Source of the DNA: Protoeuglena noctilucae
Taxonomy: Eukaryota
Direction of reading: 5' to 3'
DNA length: 64,000 bases
NCBI GenBank assembly: GCA_958009085.1
Contig: OY253682.1
Span: forward strand, 186,001 to 250,000
Of the stretch, positions 47,788-60,738 are shown piece by piece (the first letter of the stretch is position 1; every line of letters begins with the position of its first letter). The notes below the pieces were generated by a model, which saw only the letters and a program-made list of their open reading frames with translations, searched no databases and was not told where the DNA came from. The translations under genes were made by a program, and so were the position numbers.

Positions 47788-50700
47788 ATGAAGGTCCTGA
47801 ACGTGGCGGAAAAGCCCAGCGTGGCCAAGGAGGCTTCGCGCCTCCTTAGCCGGGGCGCGTGCCGCCGGCGGGACGGCAAGTCCAGGTGACGAAATCGCCA
47901 TGACGGTCGCAGCCATGTGCGCTTTTCCACTTGGAGCCTTGAGCGCGTCGCTGGGCCCGCGAGGACCCGCTGCGCTGCGACGCCCCCAGGTTCAACCCGA
48001 ACTGGGAGTTCCAGGCGACGGTGCAGGGCCAGGCGTGCACCATGATCTTCACATCGGTGGCCGGGCATCTGATGGAGATTGACTTCGAGGCCGCCTACAA
48101 GTCCTGGGACCAAACAAACCCACGTGACCTCTTCACGTGCCCCATTCGGAAGCAAGTCCCGGACGCCAACGCGGCTATGGCCACCAACCTGAGGTGAGCC
48201 GCTGGCGCTCTCGACATGAGCAGACGCCGGGTCGAAGCGAGGCTGGCCGCATCGCCGCAACGTGCCATGCCCCTGCGCTCCCTGTCTGCGCCCAGGGTGG
48301 AGGCCAGGGACTCGGACATGCTCATCCTGTGGCTGGACAACGATCGCGAAGGCGAGGGCATCTCGTTCGAGGTGAGAAGCCACACATTGCTGGATGAGCA
48401 GAGACGCACACCAAGTAGTCTCGTGAACATTTGGCTTGCCTTTGCTCATGCCTCAGCTGCGTGCTTGCTGCGATGGAGGGCACTGAGACCACATGCGCTT
48501 CGTCTGCACCCGCTGCCGTCTCCGTGCTGCACGACAGGTGCTGGACGTCTGTGCCGGGCCGGGCGGCAACGGGGCGTTCAAGAGGGAGCCCCATCGCGTC
48601 AAGAGGGCGCGCTTCAGTGCGCTGATTGAGCGGGAGCTGTGGCACGCCCTCGAGACCCTGGGCGCTCCCAACCGGGCGGACGCGGACGCCGTGGACTGTC
48701 GCCAAGAGATCGACTTGCGCATCGGGGCCTCCATCACCCGCTTCCAGACAAAGCTACTGGGCAGCCGTGGCTTCGACTGGGCCGCCGTGGTGCCGGACCA
48801 CGACGGCACGCGCTCCCCGCTCATCTCGTTCGGGTGAGCAGGCAGCCTGTGGCTCGCCAGCCCGCAGCCAGTCGTGGAAGGGCCAGGTCGCGTATGTGTG
48901 GTCACCGGGTCGCCGGGCAGTTTATCTCTTAGAAGATAGGCGACGTACAAGCTGGGTGCCCCCGCCGTCGCCCGCGAACAGGCCGTGCCAGTTCCCGACC
49001 CTCGGCTTCATCGTGACGAGGGAGCGTGAGATACGCGCGCATGTGCCCGAGGACTTCTGGCAGATCGCGATGACGTACACGGAGGGCAATCGATCCTGCG
49101 CGTTTGAGTGGGCGAGGGGGCGCATCTTTGACCACGTCGTCGCCGTGGCTTTCCTACAGGCGAGGCGGGTGCACCTGCAACCTGCCTTGCAACCTGCCCT
49201 GTTCCGCCGTTGCTGTCGATGTGCGGTGCTGCTGGCGCTGTGACGTTGGAGGGGCCATCTTGCGACCTCCGATGACACCGGAGACCCTGCGTGACTCTCG
49301 ACCCGCCGGCCCTCCGCAGCGCTGCCTGGCGGACCCGCAGGTGCGGGTGGTGGAGGTCGAGGGCCGGCAGGTCCACAAGTGGCCGCCGCACCCTCTGTCG
49401 ACCCTCGAGCTCCAGAAGCGCGGCACCTCAGCGCTGCGCCTGCCCGGCGAGCGCATCATGCGCCTTGCAGAAGAACTCTACCAGGGGGGCTACGTGTCGT
49501 ACCCACGCACCGAAACGGATCGATTTTCGCCCAACACCGACCTCGCGTCGCTGATTCAGGGCCTGGCGGCCTTCCCGGGCGACGAGGGCGTCGCGGGGTT
49601 CGCCAACCGCCTCCTGGACGCCAACGCTGGCCTGTTCCGATGGCCACCCGGAGGGAACCACGACGACCAGGCGCACCCGCCCATCCACCCCACCAAGTCA
49701 CCGACGGCGGAGGAGTGGGCGGGGTGGCAGGTGCCCCACCTTGCAACGCCTGCACAGCACGCTGTCTCGCTCACGCCCCGCGCACCGTGCTTGGGCGCAC
49801 CTCCCTGCCACCCCCGCCGGGCCGGTACGCCTGTTTGATGTTCGATGTACTGGCCCCACGTGCTTGCTTGCAGGGTGACAAGAAGTCGGTTTACAAGTTT
49901 ATTGTGCAGAGCTTCCTGGCGGCTTGCGCGGAGCCCGCGGTGGGCCACCAGACGACGGTCGAGGTGGACGTGGCGGGGGAGAGTTTCACGACCAAGGGAC
50001 TCATCGTGCAACGGCGCAATTTCCTGGATGTCTACCCCTACGCTAACTGGGGAGGCAACGACGCCCTGCCCAACTTCCAGCCCGGGGCGACCTTCGAGCC
50101 CACTGAGCTGTCTCTGCGGTGAGACGTGGGCCTGGCATGTGAACCTTACATGCTGTGCTGGCACCGCCCGTTGCGTGACCTTGGCGCAGGTGGCGCGGTC
50201 GCCATTGGGGCCCTGACGTCGCTCTGGGCACCTCCAATGCAGGAATGCAAGCTTTCATTGTTGCGCCGCCGACACCGACGGCACCCATTAACCCCCCTCG
50301 CAGCCACGGCCGCACCGCGCCCCCGCCACGCCTGACGGAGCGTGACTTGATTGCCGCCATGGAGCGCCACGGCATCGGGACGGACGCCACGGTCGCGCAG
50401 CACATCGAGACCCAGCAGCGCCGTGGCTACGCAGTCAAGGACGCAGAGACCTTGGCCTTCGCGCCCACACCACTTGGCGAGGGGCTCCTGTCAGCGTACC
50501 AAGAGATGCAATTGGAGAACCTCTACCTGCCTGAGCTGCGGGGGACCATCGAGGCCGGGATACGCGCCGTGGCGTCCGGGCAGCGGTCCAAGGAGGACGT
50601 GCTGCGCGAGGCGGTGGGGTCGTTTCTGGCGGACTTCGACCGGCTGGCGCAGCGCAGGGAAACGCTGGTGGCGACGCTGGGGGAGTTCCTGCCGAGAGCG

Positions 50701-51372
50701 GAGGGCGGGGGCGCGGGGGGTGGGGGACCCTGGGAGGCGGCGTTTGCGGGTGGGGCGCACGTGGGGCCGTGCCCCTGCGGCGGGGAGGTGCGGGCGTTTG
50801 TGTTTGGGGAGCGGTGGCGGGTGCAGTGCCGCGACAGTCCGCTGGTGTGCACGCTGAGCCGCGTGCTACCCAGGAACACGCGGCGAGTGGCGGTGGCGGA
50901 GGCGGCGTGCGGGGCATGCCAGGGCCTGCGGCTGATCGTGGCTGACATGCCCAGGCAGCTATTGCCGCCCCGCTTCCAGCACTTGGCGGGGCAGGAGGTC
51001 TGCGCGCGGTGCAGTGGGGACCTGAGGGCGCTGTGCGAGGAGGTGGCGGCGGAGCGGGGGGGGGGCGGGGGCGGTGGTGCAGAGGGCAGGGCTGGCGGGG
51101 GCGGGGGTGGCCGCAGGCAAGACGGGCGGTTGGGGGTGCGAGGCGGCGGGGTGGCCAAGCGGGGCGGCAGGGGAGGGGGAGGCGCAGCGGCTGGTGGGGC
51201 AGGGCGAGGCAAAGCGCGGCGGGTTGTGGTTGTGGCGGATGGCGGGGGGCGGGGGGAGCGCGGGGGGCGGGGGGAGCGAGGGGTTCGTGGGCGTGGGGAA
51301 GCGGCAGGAGGTGGCCGGAATTGCTATCGGTGCGGGCAGGAGGGGCACTTCGCCAACGCATGTCCCAATTGA
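47788..51372 (+). CDS. TOP3A: DNA topoisomerase III alpha
   Basis: MKVLNVAEKPSVAK, TSVAGHL, LWLDNDREGE, SFG/PCQFPTLGF, catalytic GYVSYPRTET, GIGTDAT; C-terminal Cys motifs, RGG tract and CYRCGQEGHFANAC knuckle. Confidence 0.95.
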
Positions 51373-51681
51373 CGCGATGGATGGCGCTCGTTCCTCTCCT
51401 CGGATTCGCTGCGACCTGACCTCGGCACCAACTCCTAGACTCATCTCCTGCATTGAAGGACCGAATTAAAGGCCGCCTGCAGCCGCGCCCGGAGTTCTGG
51501 CGCAGCGTCAGCCTTGACGAGGTCGAAGCTGCGGGTTGCGCTGCACGACGACCTCCCTCGCCGGGAGTTCGCGCGTTAACGTATGAATTCAGCGCGCCGG
51601 TAGTGTTGCTGGCGTCGCCCGGGCCCTGGTTTTCGTGGACAACTGCCGCTGTCGCGGTTTTAAGCGGGGGCCACCGTCGCC

Positions 51682-52643
51682 ATGTTCCTGGTGAACTGGT
51701 TCTATGGTATGCTTAACTGGCTGGGCCTGGCGGGGAAGAGCGCCAAGATCCTGTTCCTGGGGCTGGACAACGCAGGTGGGCCGGAAGCCGCGTCTTTCGC
51801 GCGCTCGGGCATGCGGGGGGGCGCGATCCGCCGGGCCGCGGCGATCGCGTGCGTCTTGTTCTGCGTGCCGCTGGATTCTCGGCCCCCGGCGTGACGCGCG
51901 CGCCCTGAATCCGGCGGAAGGTCGCGCTCGTCGCTGTCCGTCCCCAACCTCGGCCCCGCGGGACCTCCCGCAGGGAAGACGACGCTGATGCACATGCTCA
52001 AGGACGAGCGCCTTGCACAGCATCAGCCGACGCAGTATCCCACGTCGGAGGAGCTGCAGATGGGGGGCGTCACCTTCAAGGCCTTTGACCTGGGTGAGAT
52101 AGCCCCGGCCGCAGCGCCCTGCCGGCCTCCCGACAACCCAGCGTGCGCCGGATTTGCCGGCAGAGTCCGCAAGATTGCGATCCCGGCTCCGCACGTCGTC
52201 GCGGACCGGGCACCGCATGGGCTGTCGTGTCGGCCCATTCTCAAGCTCGCCCCGCTCCGCCGCGTTCTGTCGCAGGGGGGCACAAGATTGCCCGGCGCAT
52301 TTGGCGTGAGTACTTCGCCAAGGTGGACGGCATCGTGTTCTTGGTGGACGCCAACGACAAGGAGCGGTTTGCCGAATCCCGGACGGAGCTCACCAACCTG
52401 CTGGCGGAGGACGCGCTGGCGGGCGTGCCGGTCCTGATCCTCGGGAACAAGATCGACATCCCCACGGCGGCCTCGGAGGAGGAGCTGCGGCACCACCTCG
52501 GCCTCACCAACATGACGACGGGGAAGGGGCGTGTGAACCTCAAGGGCACCAACATCCGGCCCGTCGAGGTGTTCATGTGCTCGGTGGTAAAGCGACAGGG
52601 GTACGGGGAGGGCTTCCGGTGGCTGGCAAACTACATTAACTGA
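51682..52643 (+). CDS. SAR1: COPII small GTPase SAR1
   Basis: [64 protein letters not shown]. Confidence 0.97.
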
Positions 52644-53099
52644 GTTGGTGCCCGAGCTGTGGGTGCTGCTCCCGATGGGGTCCTGTGCGTTCGTGCAGGC
52701 TGGGCGCTGCGGGCCTGGCCGGGCCGGCCACGCGCACGCTAGCTGCTTGCGGGGGTACGTGGGTTAGTTAGCTCGGTCGGCAAGCGCACCCTCGCTCGCT
52801 GCGCGCTCCCTGGTGGGTTGAACAACCTGTGTGGAGACGGGACGGCTGCCACCAGGGCCCTGATGTGGCCCGTGCGGCCGCGCTAGATCTCAGGTATCCA
52901 CCACAGGCAGAGATGACGCCTGCATCGTTTCTTTTGCTCGAGGCTGTGCGGGATGTTCTGACGCTGCGCCAATCAGGCGAATAACCAGAGGTGCGTCCAA
53001 GCGGATGTGATCCAGCGACTCCTGTTCGATGGATGCACCCAACCGCGCCGAGTAATTGGGTAGAAATAGGCTGAGTGGGCACCATCGTATGCATCAGAG

Positions 53100-55402
53100 A
53101 TGTCCTCGTCCTCCCTGTGCCGTCCGGCGCCATGCAGTGCAGCGCATAGCGTAGACTGCAGGATACGGGCAACTCGTCGGGTCATAGGGGGAATCGCTGC
53201 TGCCTGGCGAGGCCATCGTGGGCTCGCTGGCCCAAATGCGAGGATATCTCAGCGAAGGGGCCCGCGCGCGCCATGTGATGAGGTCAGCGGGACGCGGCAG
53301 CTTTCACGGGTGGATCGGGTGGACGGCGGCGGGGAGGAGGCGGCTCTAATGCGGGAGCTGGCCGAGGGAAGCGTCGTGAGCGTGCGGGGCAGCGACGAAT
53401 GGCAAGGATTCGGCCTGTTCGTCACGCGGGTGAGTTGTGAAACTTCAATTAGCGAGGTCCAGTTCACCGAAGACGCGCCGGAGTGATCTGGGCCCCACTA
53501 CGCGTCGCTGCAGGACGTGGAGGAAGGGGCCGTGGTGTTGTCTGTGGAGAAGGCCAACTGCCTCGTATACTGCGACGACGGCTCGATCGACGTGCCCTCG
53601 GGAGGCACCTGGCCCCTCACGACCGAGGCAATAGAGGATTTCGAGGATTTGCCGTGGTATCTGATCCAGGCGCTTGCGGTCCTGGATTGCATGGATGGCA
53701 ACGGCTCTGCAGTGTTTGAGAGGTACTGCCGGGCGTTCCTGCCGCGGCCGGAAGACGTGGTCTTCCCCATGTGCATGACGGAGGAGGAGCTGGCCCTCTT
53801 CCAGCACCCAGACCTGGCTGAGGTGAGGCGCATGCAGGGTGCAGTGCTGCTGGGCAGGCGCAGTCATGCTAGGATGGCGCAGTGATGCTAACCAGGAGGT
53901 GGTGTTGCAGTGGGATGCCTCCGTCCGCGCTGCACAGCCCCAGCAACAGGTCGACACCGCTGCCCCGCGCAGAGGGCGACGCTGCAAGGCGAGCAGCTCG
54001 CGTCCATCTTCCCCGACCTGGCGACCCGCCCCAGCCCAGGCCAGCCGACGCGCATGGAGTGGGCCTTTGCGTGTGTCAGGTCCAGGGCCTTCCGGTGAGT
54101 CACATAGCCTCATCCTATCATCCTGTATCATCTCGCCCACCACCGTGTCCACACCCGCCCACCGCACCTGCCCACCATACCTGCCCACCTTTCCCAGGGT
54201 ACCCACCCACTGACCCCATCCACTGATCTCACCCTCCTCACCCATGGCATCCTCGCAGGCTGGTGCGTGCGGGAGAGGACGGGGAGACCATCACTGAGTT
54301 CTGTTTCGCCCCTTTCCTTGACATCGCCAACCACCACCACGACCCGAACTGCGACTTCCGCATCTCTCAGGCGAGGCGCGCTGGCGGTGTGTATCATATC
54401 AAAGCTATGATCAGAGCATTGGTCGCCCATCGCACGAAAGGAGGGTGAAGGAAAGGCAAAGGCGAAAGCCATGACATGAGATAACGTGCGCCACCTCATC
54501 GACGCAGGACGGCACTCGGGTGGAGATGTTTGCGAGGCGGCCGATCCGTGCCGGGGATGAGGCCACGATATCCTACACAGGTGCGACTGAGTGCACCATC
54601 CCCTATACTCGGGTCAGAAACCTCTGACAGGGTGGTGCACGTGACGCCGTGTGCTGTGGCCCCGTGCGTAGAGGCACTCGCAGGACGGTCAACGTGTGAA
54701 CGTGCTGTGGCGCGCGCTGCACCCAGGTGTCTCTGGCTACACCAACCAGCGGCTGATGGCCCAGTACGGCTTCGTCCCGGTCGGGGGCAACCCCGGCGAT
54801 CGCGTCACCTTCCCCAAGAGCCTCGGCATTGGTTACGAGGACACGGTGAAGGACTATGAGGGCCCCAGGTGACTGTCATCCTCGTATATGTCATGACCTC
54901 GTGGGCTGAGATGTCTGAGTAACCACGCGACGGGCCTCGGGGTGACGGTGCGGGAGGTGGGCAATGAGACGGTGGCTTTGCTTGCAGGCTCTGCGGGGTG
55001 CGCCTGCAGCGCGTGCTGGGCGACGATGCGTGGGTGGCGATGGTGACTGGCGCGGACCCGCGGCTGGCGGCGACGGTGCGGTCGTTGCCTCTGGTTGAGG
55101 GCGACAGCGGGGAGGAGGCGGTGGCGACGGAGGGAGAGCTGCAGCTGGCGCGCTCTATGGCGGAGGACGTCGAGGAGCAACTGCGGGACATGGTGGAGGG
55201 GCCGGCGGGGACCACGCTGGAAGCAGACCTATCGGAGCTGGCGCGGTTGGGGGCGCAGGGGCGGGCTGCGGCGGGCGCTGAGGGGCGGCGGTGGTGGGCG
55301 CTGGCGTACCGCAGCGAGCGCAAGGCACTCCTGCTGCGCGCCGCGGTCACGCTGCGGCTGTACGCGGGGGAGTTGCAGCGGATGCTGAAAGGCAGTGCAT
55401 GA
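53100..55402 (+). CDS. SET-domain protein, Rubisco-LSMT/SETD3-like class, possible transit peptide
   Basis: GFGLFVTR/DVEEGAVVLSV, WAFACVRSRAF, PFLDIANHH, GDEATISY, NQRLMAQYGFV and TTLEADL. The N-terminus is Ser/Arg/Ala-rich and the start is uncertain. Confidence 0.82.
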
Positions 55403-55556
55403 GAGAGTTGAAGCACGCCGCCAGAGCGTTTCCGACGCTGCGGGCCCTGTAATCTGATGCTGGACCCTCGAGTGGAGCTCTTGAATTCCATCGACGAAGA
55501 GGTCTCTCGACCATCGCCCCCCTCCCTCGTTTCGGCGTGGGTGCGGTGCGCGGAAA

Positions 55557-57530
55557 ATGGGAACGGTGGCGTATCTCGCTTCGCTGCCGAACGGCGGCCT
55601 CCAAGAGCGGCTCACTGGCGTGGCGATCGTCGCTGCGATCCACTTCGCGCTGGAATGGCTCATCCTCTACGGCAAGGCGCAAGGCTCGAGGCTCGCGGCT
55701 CGCGGCAGGGCCAGAAGCGCCGAGCACATCGAACCAGTAGCCCGCGCGCGTCGAACATGCACGCGTTCCCCTCTTCGGTGGCTCAGATTATCGCGTGTCG
55801 ATGCAAGCTCTCGTTCCGATCGCGACGGGCAGCCATCGCGGGAACAGGCGTGGCGATTGCCCGCGCGCTCCCTTGTCGCTTCGCAGGGCCGTGGCGGGCG
55901 CGCCTCGACGGCTTCATCAAGAGGCGGAACCCGGGAATCGCGGATAAGGACGTGAACGACATCGTCGTCGGCATCGCGAACCGGTCCGTGCTTTCTCTGC
56001 ACCACGTGTTGATGGTCCCCGTGGCCGCGACGGTCGTTCTCGACCCGACGATGTGGGCACGCCCGTTCGACGCCTCCACGTACGTCTCCCGAGCGGTCAT
56101 GATCATCGCCACGGGACACTTCGCCTTCGACGCCTGGTGCTGCCTGGTGAGCGCCTGCCAGCCGATCCTGCGCCTGGCAACCCTAGACCGCCGCTACCAA
56201 ACACCCCCACACCTCACCCCTCCGCTTGACGTCACGCGTCTCCTCGCCAGCACCCACACCTCTCAGACCTTGCTCACCTCGCACCCCTCGCACCTCACAC
56301 ACCTCGCCCCTCAGGTCGCCATCTCCCTCACACTGCCTCACAGAGGGACTCTCTCCACGAAGGCCCCATTTTCGCCATCCACGGCGTGTCGTCCTTCCTC
56401 CTCTTCGCCGGATGCACCGTGTCTGGGTGGGCATGGAACCTATGGGCGGCGTGCGTCATGCTGTGGGAGCTGTCCACTCCGTTTGTGCACCTGCGGTACG
56501 TGCTGCTGGTGAGTGTGACGACTAGACTTCGTGATGCCGGGTGGCGATGGAGATGGAAAGGAGCTCTCTGGTTTGCTGAACAGCACGTGGTCTTTTCATG
56601 CACCCTGCCAACCACCTGTAATTCTCAGCCCACCTCCACGCATCCCTGACCCTTGGTCCATCTCCATGCACACTGCGACGCTTGGCCCATCTCCAAACAC
56701 ACTGCTAACCCTTGTCCTCACCTGCACCACGCACCCAAGCACCCAACTGCAATTGTGTAATCCGTTGTATGCAGAACACGGGGATGAAGAGCTCCAAGCT
56801 CTACGAGGTCAACGGCGTCACGCTGACGGTGCTCTTCTTCCTGGCGAGGATCGGTGAGGGTGGTGTGGGATGGGGAATGATGAGGGGTGCGGGAGGGGTG
56901 CAGGGGGGTGTGGGGTGCAGCATGGGTGAGGGGCACAGGATGGTGTGGGTGGTAAAGGGTGGCGTGGGGTGCAGGTTCGAGTGGGGTGCAGGAAGGGTGC
57001 AGAGCAGTACAAAAACATGCAGTGTTTCGAAAGCCCCGCATCAGCGCACGACCCCTCCCCGCAGTGTTCGGCCTTTGGATGTCGTTCCGTTTCTGGCAAC
57101 TCACGGGGGATGCCCTCGCGGGGCGCCTGCCCAACCCCGTGTCCCCCACCTTCACGTGGTATGCACGACTGGCCAACCTACTCCTGTGCGGGTTCAACCT
57201 CCACTGGTTCAGCAAGATGGTGAGAAGAAGGGTGCGGTGTAAACATGCATGGTGTACGTGAGATGATGAAAGGGGGTGGATGTGTATGTGGTAAGGATTT
57301 GGCCAACGAGGGGTTTGCGTGGGCATAGGATGGGAGTGCAATGCTCGCCCCGGCACCCTCCTTGAGGTCCCCAGCCAACCAGAGCACGAACTGCGCACGC
57401 GCCAGCCACAGCACGATCCCGTCGCACTCGCTCGCAGATGCGCTACGTCTTCCGCCACTTCTACGGTCAGAAGAAGGAAAGGCGGGTGCCGGCACGGCCC
57501 GGAAAGATCAAGAGCACTGACTCCGAGTGA
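55557..57530 (+). CDS. TLC (TRAM/LAG1/CLN8) domain membrane protein, TMEM56/TLCD4-like
   Basis: GHFAFD, FAIHG, LWELSTPFVHLRY, VNGVTLTVLFFLARI and FNLHWFSKM. Stop TGA at 57528-57530. Confidence 0.85.
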
Positions 57531-58190
57531 TAGGGGGGTGCATGGAGTGCATGGAGTGCATGGCAGAGAGTGCGGGTGTGTTTGGGGCAATGTGCATGGG
57601 CAGGGAAGGGGAGGTACACAGGCGACAAGTGCGGGGGGTGGGGCAGAGCGGAGTGACGGGGCAGGCGGGTGTAGACGGGTGGGTGGGGGAGTCTCATGGG
57701 TCGATTTGGGCAGGGCGCCTGCAGTAGGTGTCCGCTTTGCATCATTGCTGGCACAGAGCACAGCACGTGTCTTTGCCGGCGTGCCCCAGCCAGCGCTCTG
57801 GGACGGCAGGGGCGGTGTTTTGCAGGGAGCGTGACACCAGTGGTCCGCTCCCCAATCCGGATTGTGTTGTCTATCGATTGGCACGAGCGGCGTGCCTCTC
57901 GGTCCCATCTAATCTCCATCAGCGTAGAGAGGTCGTAGGATGCAGTAGCGCTCACCTCGCTCAGTTCGCTGGGGTGGTATCGAGTCGGTTGCAAGTTCCT
58001 ATATCCGTTTCCCAAATATCTTAGCCGACGTTTCTCTGGCACGCAATGACTGGGAAACTCGGCTTGAAAAGCAGGCTATGCACGAGTTCACGAAATGCCT
58101 CAGGCAAGCAAACGACGCTGTTAGCGCCATTTCAGTCCTGCATTCACCACTGTGCATTCGCTATTCGTGCCAGCCACTAACAAGCAAGCA

Positions 58191-60237
58191 TCATCGGGAC
58201 TTCTTGGTCTCCCCCTGTGCCCCACCGACCGCGCTCGCCCCCCCAGCCGCCGCACTGCTGACCTCCTTAGTGCTTGCCCCCGCCCCACTCCCCGTGACAA
58301 CACTACCCGCAGTGCCTGTACTGCCTGCGTGTGCGCCTCCCCCACTCCCCGTGACACTGCCAGCTGAGGTTTGCCCTGCCAGATTGGGCACACCGGGGGC
58401 GTCGGGGTGGGTGGCGAACCTGGGCCCATCGATTTCGTGATATTTGGCGCGGAAGGCCTGGCGCTTGGATGCGGGGTAGGTCTCGCGGGTGATGAGGAGC
58501 GCTGCGGGGTGTGGGGGGGAGGGGATGTGAGAGGGAGGGAGTGAGAGGGCGTGGGGAGGGTCGTGCTTTGTGTGGCGAGGGTTGTATAGTACTAAGGGGG
58601 TGTCGGGAGTGGCAAGAGGGCCAGGTCGCATTGTGCTTGAAATGTTACGTGTTACATGCAACCCCGCACCTGTGTCGATGACGAGCGCGAGCATGATGCC
58701 CAGGCACCCCATGAGGTATCGCACGGCAGGCTCCGAGGAGATGCCTTTGCCCAGGTAGTAGAACATGACGTAGAAGGTCAGCATCGACTGTGGGGAGACA
58801 ATGGTGCATGGATGGTCAGCATGGGCTGCTGGAGGGACGACGAGGGACGACGGGGCGACACTATGGGTTGGGTTTGGTGAATACAACTGGTGCAGTACTC
58901 TGTGCACAACTGCTGCATTGCCATGACCACAACCCATAGTCTCTCATCACCAGCGATACCCCCACTCACAGCCTCTCATCACCAACCACACCTCCATTCA
59001 TAGTCTCTCCATCACCAACTACACTCCCACTCACCAGTATGACGTTGGCCCCGAAGCTGAGGCTGGATCGGTACTCCCCGAACTGCGTCTCGGCCATTTC
59101 ATTGGCGCGGCGCTCCTCGACCGTCACGCCTGGGTGCACACGGTGAGGAGGGGTGATGTGAGGGTGATGAGAGGGTGGTGTGAGGGTGGGCATGCATGTG
59201 AGGGCGTTCACGCATTCACAGGCGCCACCTACCCACCCGTTACCATTCACCTCGCAGCCACGCACCTGCCACCATGGCCTGGTACTGCCTCTCCTCGTAT
59301 TCCGCACGCAGCCTCGCCCTCCGCGCCTCCGCCTCCGCGTCAGGCGGGGCGGCCCTGGGGGGCTCCGGAAACACTGGTCGAGTGCGGCGCAGGAGGTGCG
59401 CGAGAGGAGGGGGCTGGTACGAGCCCACTGCGGGCGGCGATGGGGAGGAGCGTGGGGCATGTGTTGGCTTGTTGTGGGGGTTGGTGATCAGCAGGTGCGT
59501 GGTGGGTGTGCCGATCCAGTGCACAGGCACCCTGCCTTGCGCTGTGCTGGCGCCATGGGTTGTGTGTGCCCACCCCTGTGCTATGAGTATAATCATCTCT
59601 CCTCGACTCACCGCGTCCTTTGCTTCTGACCTCCACCCAGGCCGCTCGCAGCACCGACCACGGCACGCAGTCATGAGATGTGCCGGGAGTGAGCCCTGTT
59701 GATGCAACAACTGCAGTGCGTGGGAAAAGGTGCAGGGAGGCTCACTGTATGACAGAGGCTCGCGGTAAAAGCCTTGGCACCTATCACAGCTCAAACGCAG
59801 TACCTGTGACACTACAGCCCTCAGTTCCTCTTTGGCAGGCCACTCACGTGTACTATGAGTTGATTGCAAGCCATGATCTACACTACACGAGGCATGCCCA
59901 AACAAGCGACAGGAACTGCGCGCAAGCATGCTCGCATTCCAAGCCCATGCACCTCACCTCGTGACGACACCCCTGCGGTCTCCAGCAGTCGCTGGACATC
60001 CTCCGTCGCAGCCAAGGCCAGCCCGGCCACTGGCGCAGCGCTGGCCATTCCACCGGCGCCTCTACCGGCACCTCCCGCACCCACGCGCGACCCTTGCAGC
60101 CCCGATGCAGCCCCTGTGCCAGCCTCGGTCCCACCCGCAGCTGCACTCGCACTGGCTGCGTGCCGCACTGGCTGCGTGGCTGTTGCAGGCCCAGCGGGCC
60201 CGGCGCTGGGCCCTGCGTCACCATCACTATCACCCAT
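58191..60237 (-). CDS. V-ATPase assembly factor VMA12/TMEM199-like
   Basis: LLRRTRPVFPEPP..RRARLRAEYEERQYQAMV, then two hydrophobic segments (LSFGANVIL/SMLTFYVMFYY and YLMGCLGIMLALVIDT/ALLITR). Confidence 0.7.
58934..59036 (-). repeat. About three diverged 33-36 bp tandem units at the 5' end of a VMA12-like intron
   Basis: Minus-strand units resemble GTGAGTGGGAGTGTAGTTGGTGATGGAGAGACTATG and repeat the GTGAGT donor motif. Confidence 0.7.
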
Positions 60238-60738
60238 GCCGCTGCCCTGTGCCGCCTCCCAAGACGGGTGTTGGTAGTTGGGTGCGGTTGGGTGTAGCGG
60301 GTTGGCGGCGTCCAATGGGCGAAAAGGGAGGCGGCACGTGATAGATAGATGCTCCTCGGCGCCGATTACGGACGTCAGGAGGCTCGGCTTGGGTACTTGC
60401 ACCTGGAGGCAGGCGGGCTGGCTGACTTGAACGGGCGACGATGCTTTGAAGTGCTTTGCAGCGCTTCGGCTGTAAGCGACAAAGGCAGTTACATACACAG
60501 AAAAGAACGAATGGTAGTGGGATTGATAGAGTTGTCATTTACTCTGTGAGTGTGCAGCAGAGAGGGAAGTGCAGTGCTCGGAATGCGGTGCCATGCAAGG
60601 CACGTCGCATGGGCACGAGCCGAAAACGTGGAAATACTGATAATGAGTAAATAAACATGAGGAGAGATTTGAAAGCGACTCTCTGTCGATTCTGAGTGCC
60701 AAAGAGTCCCCCCATTCCCACCAGCAAAGCACCCGATG

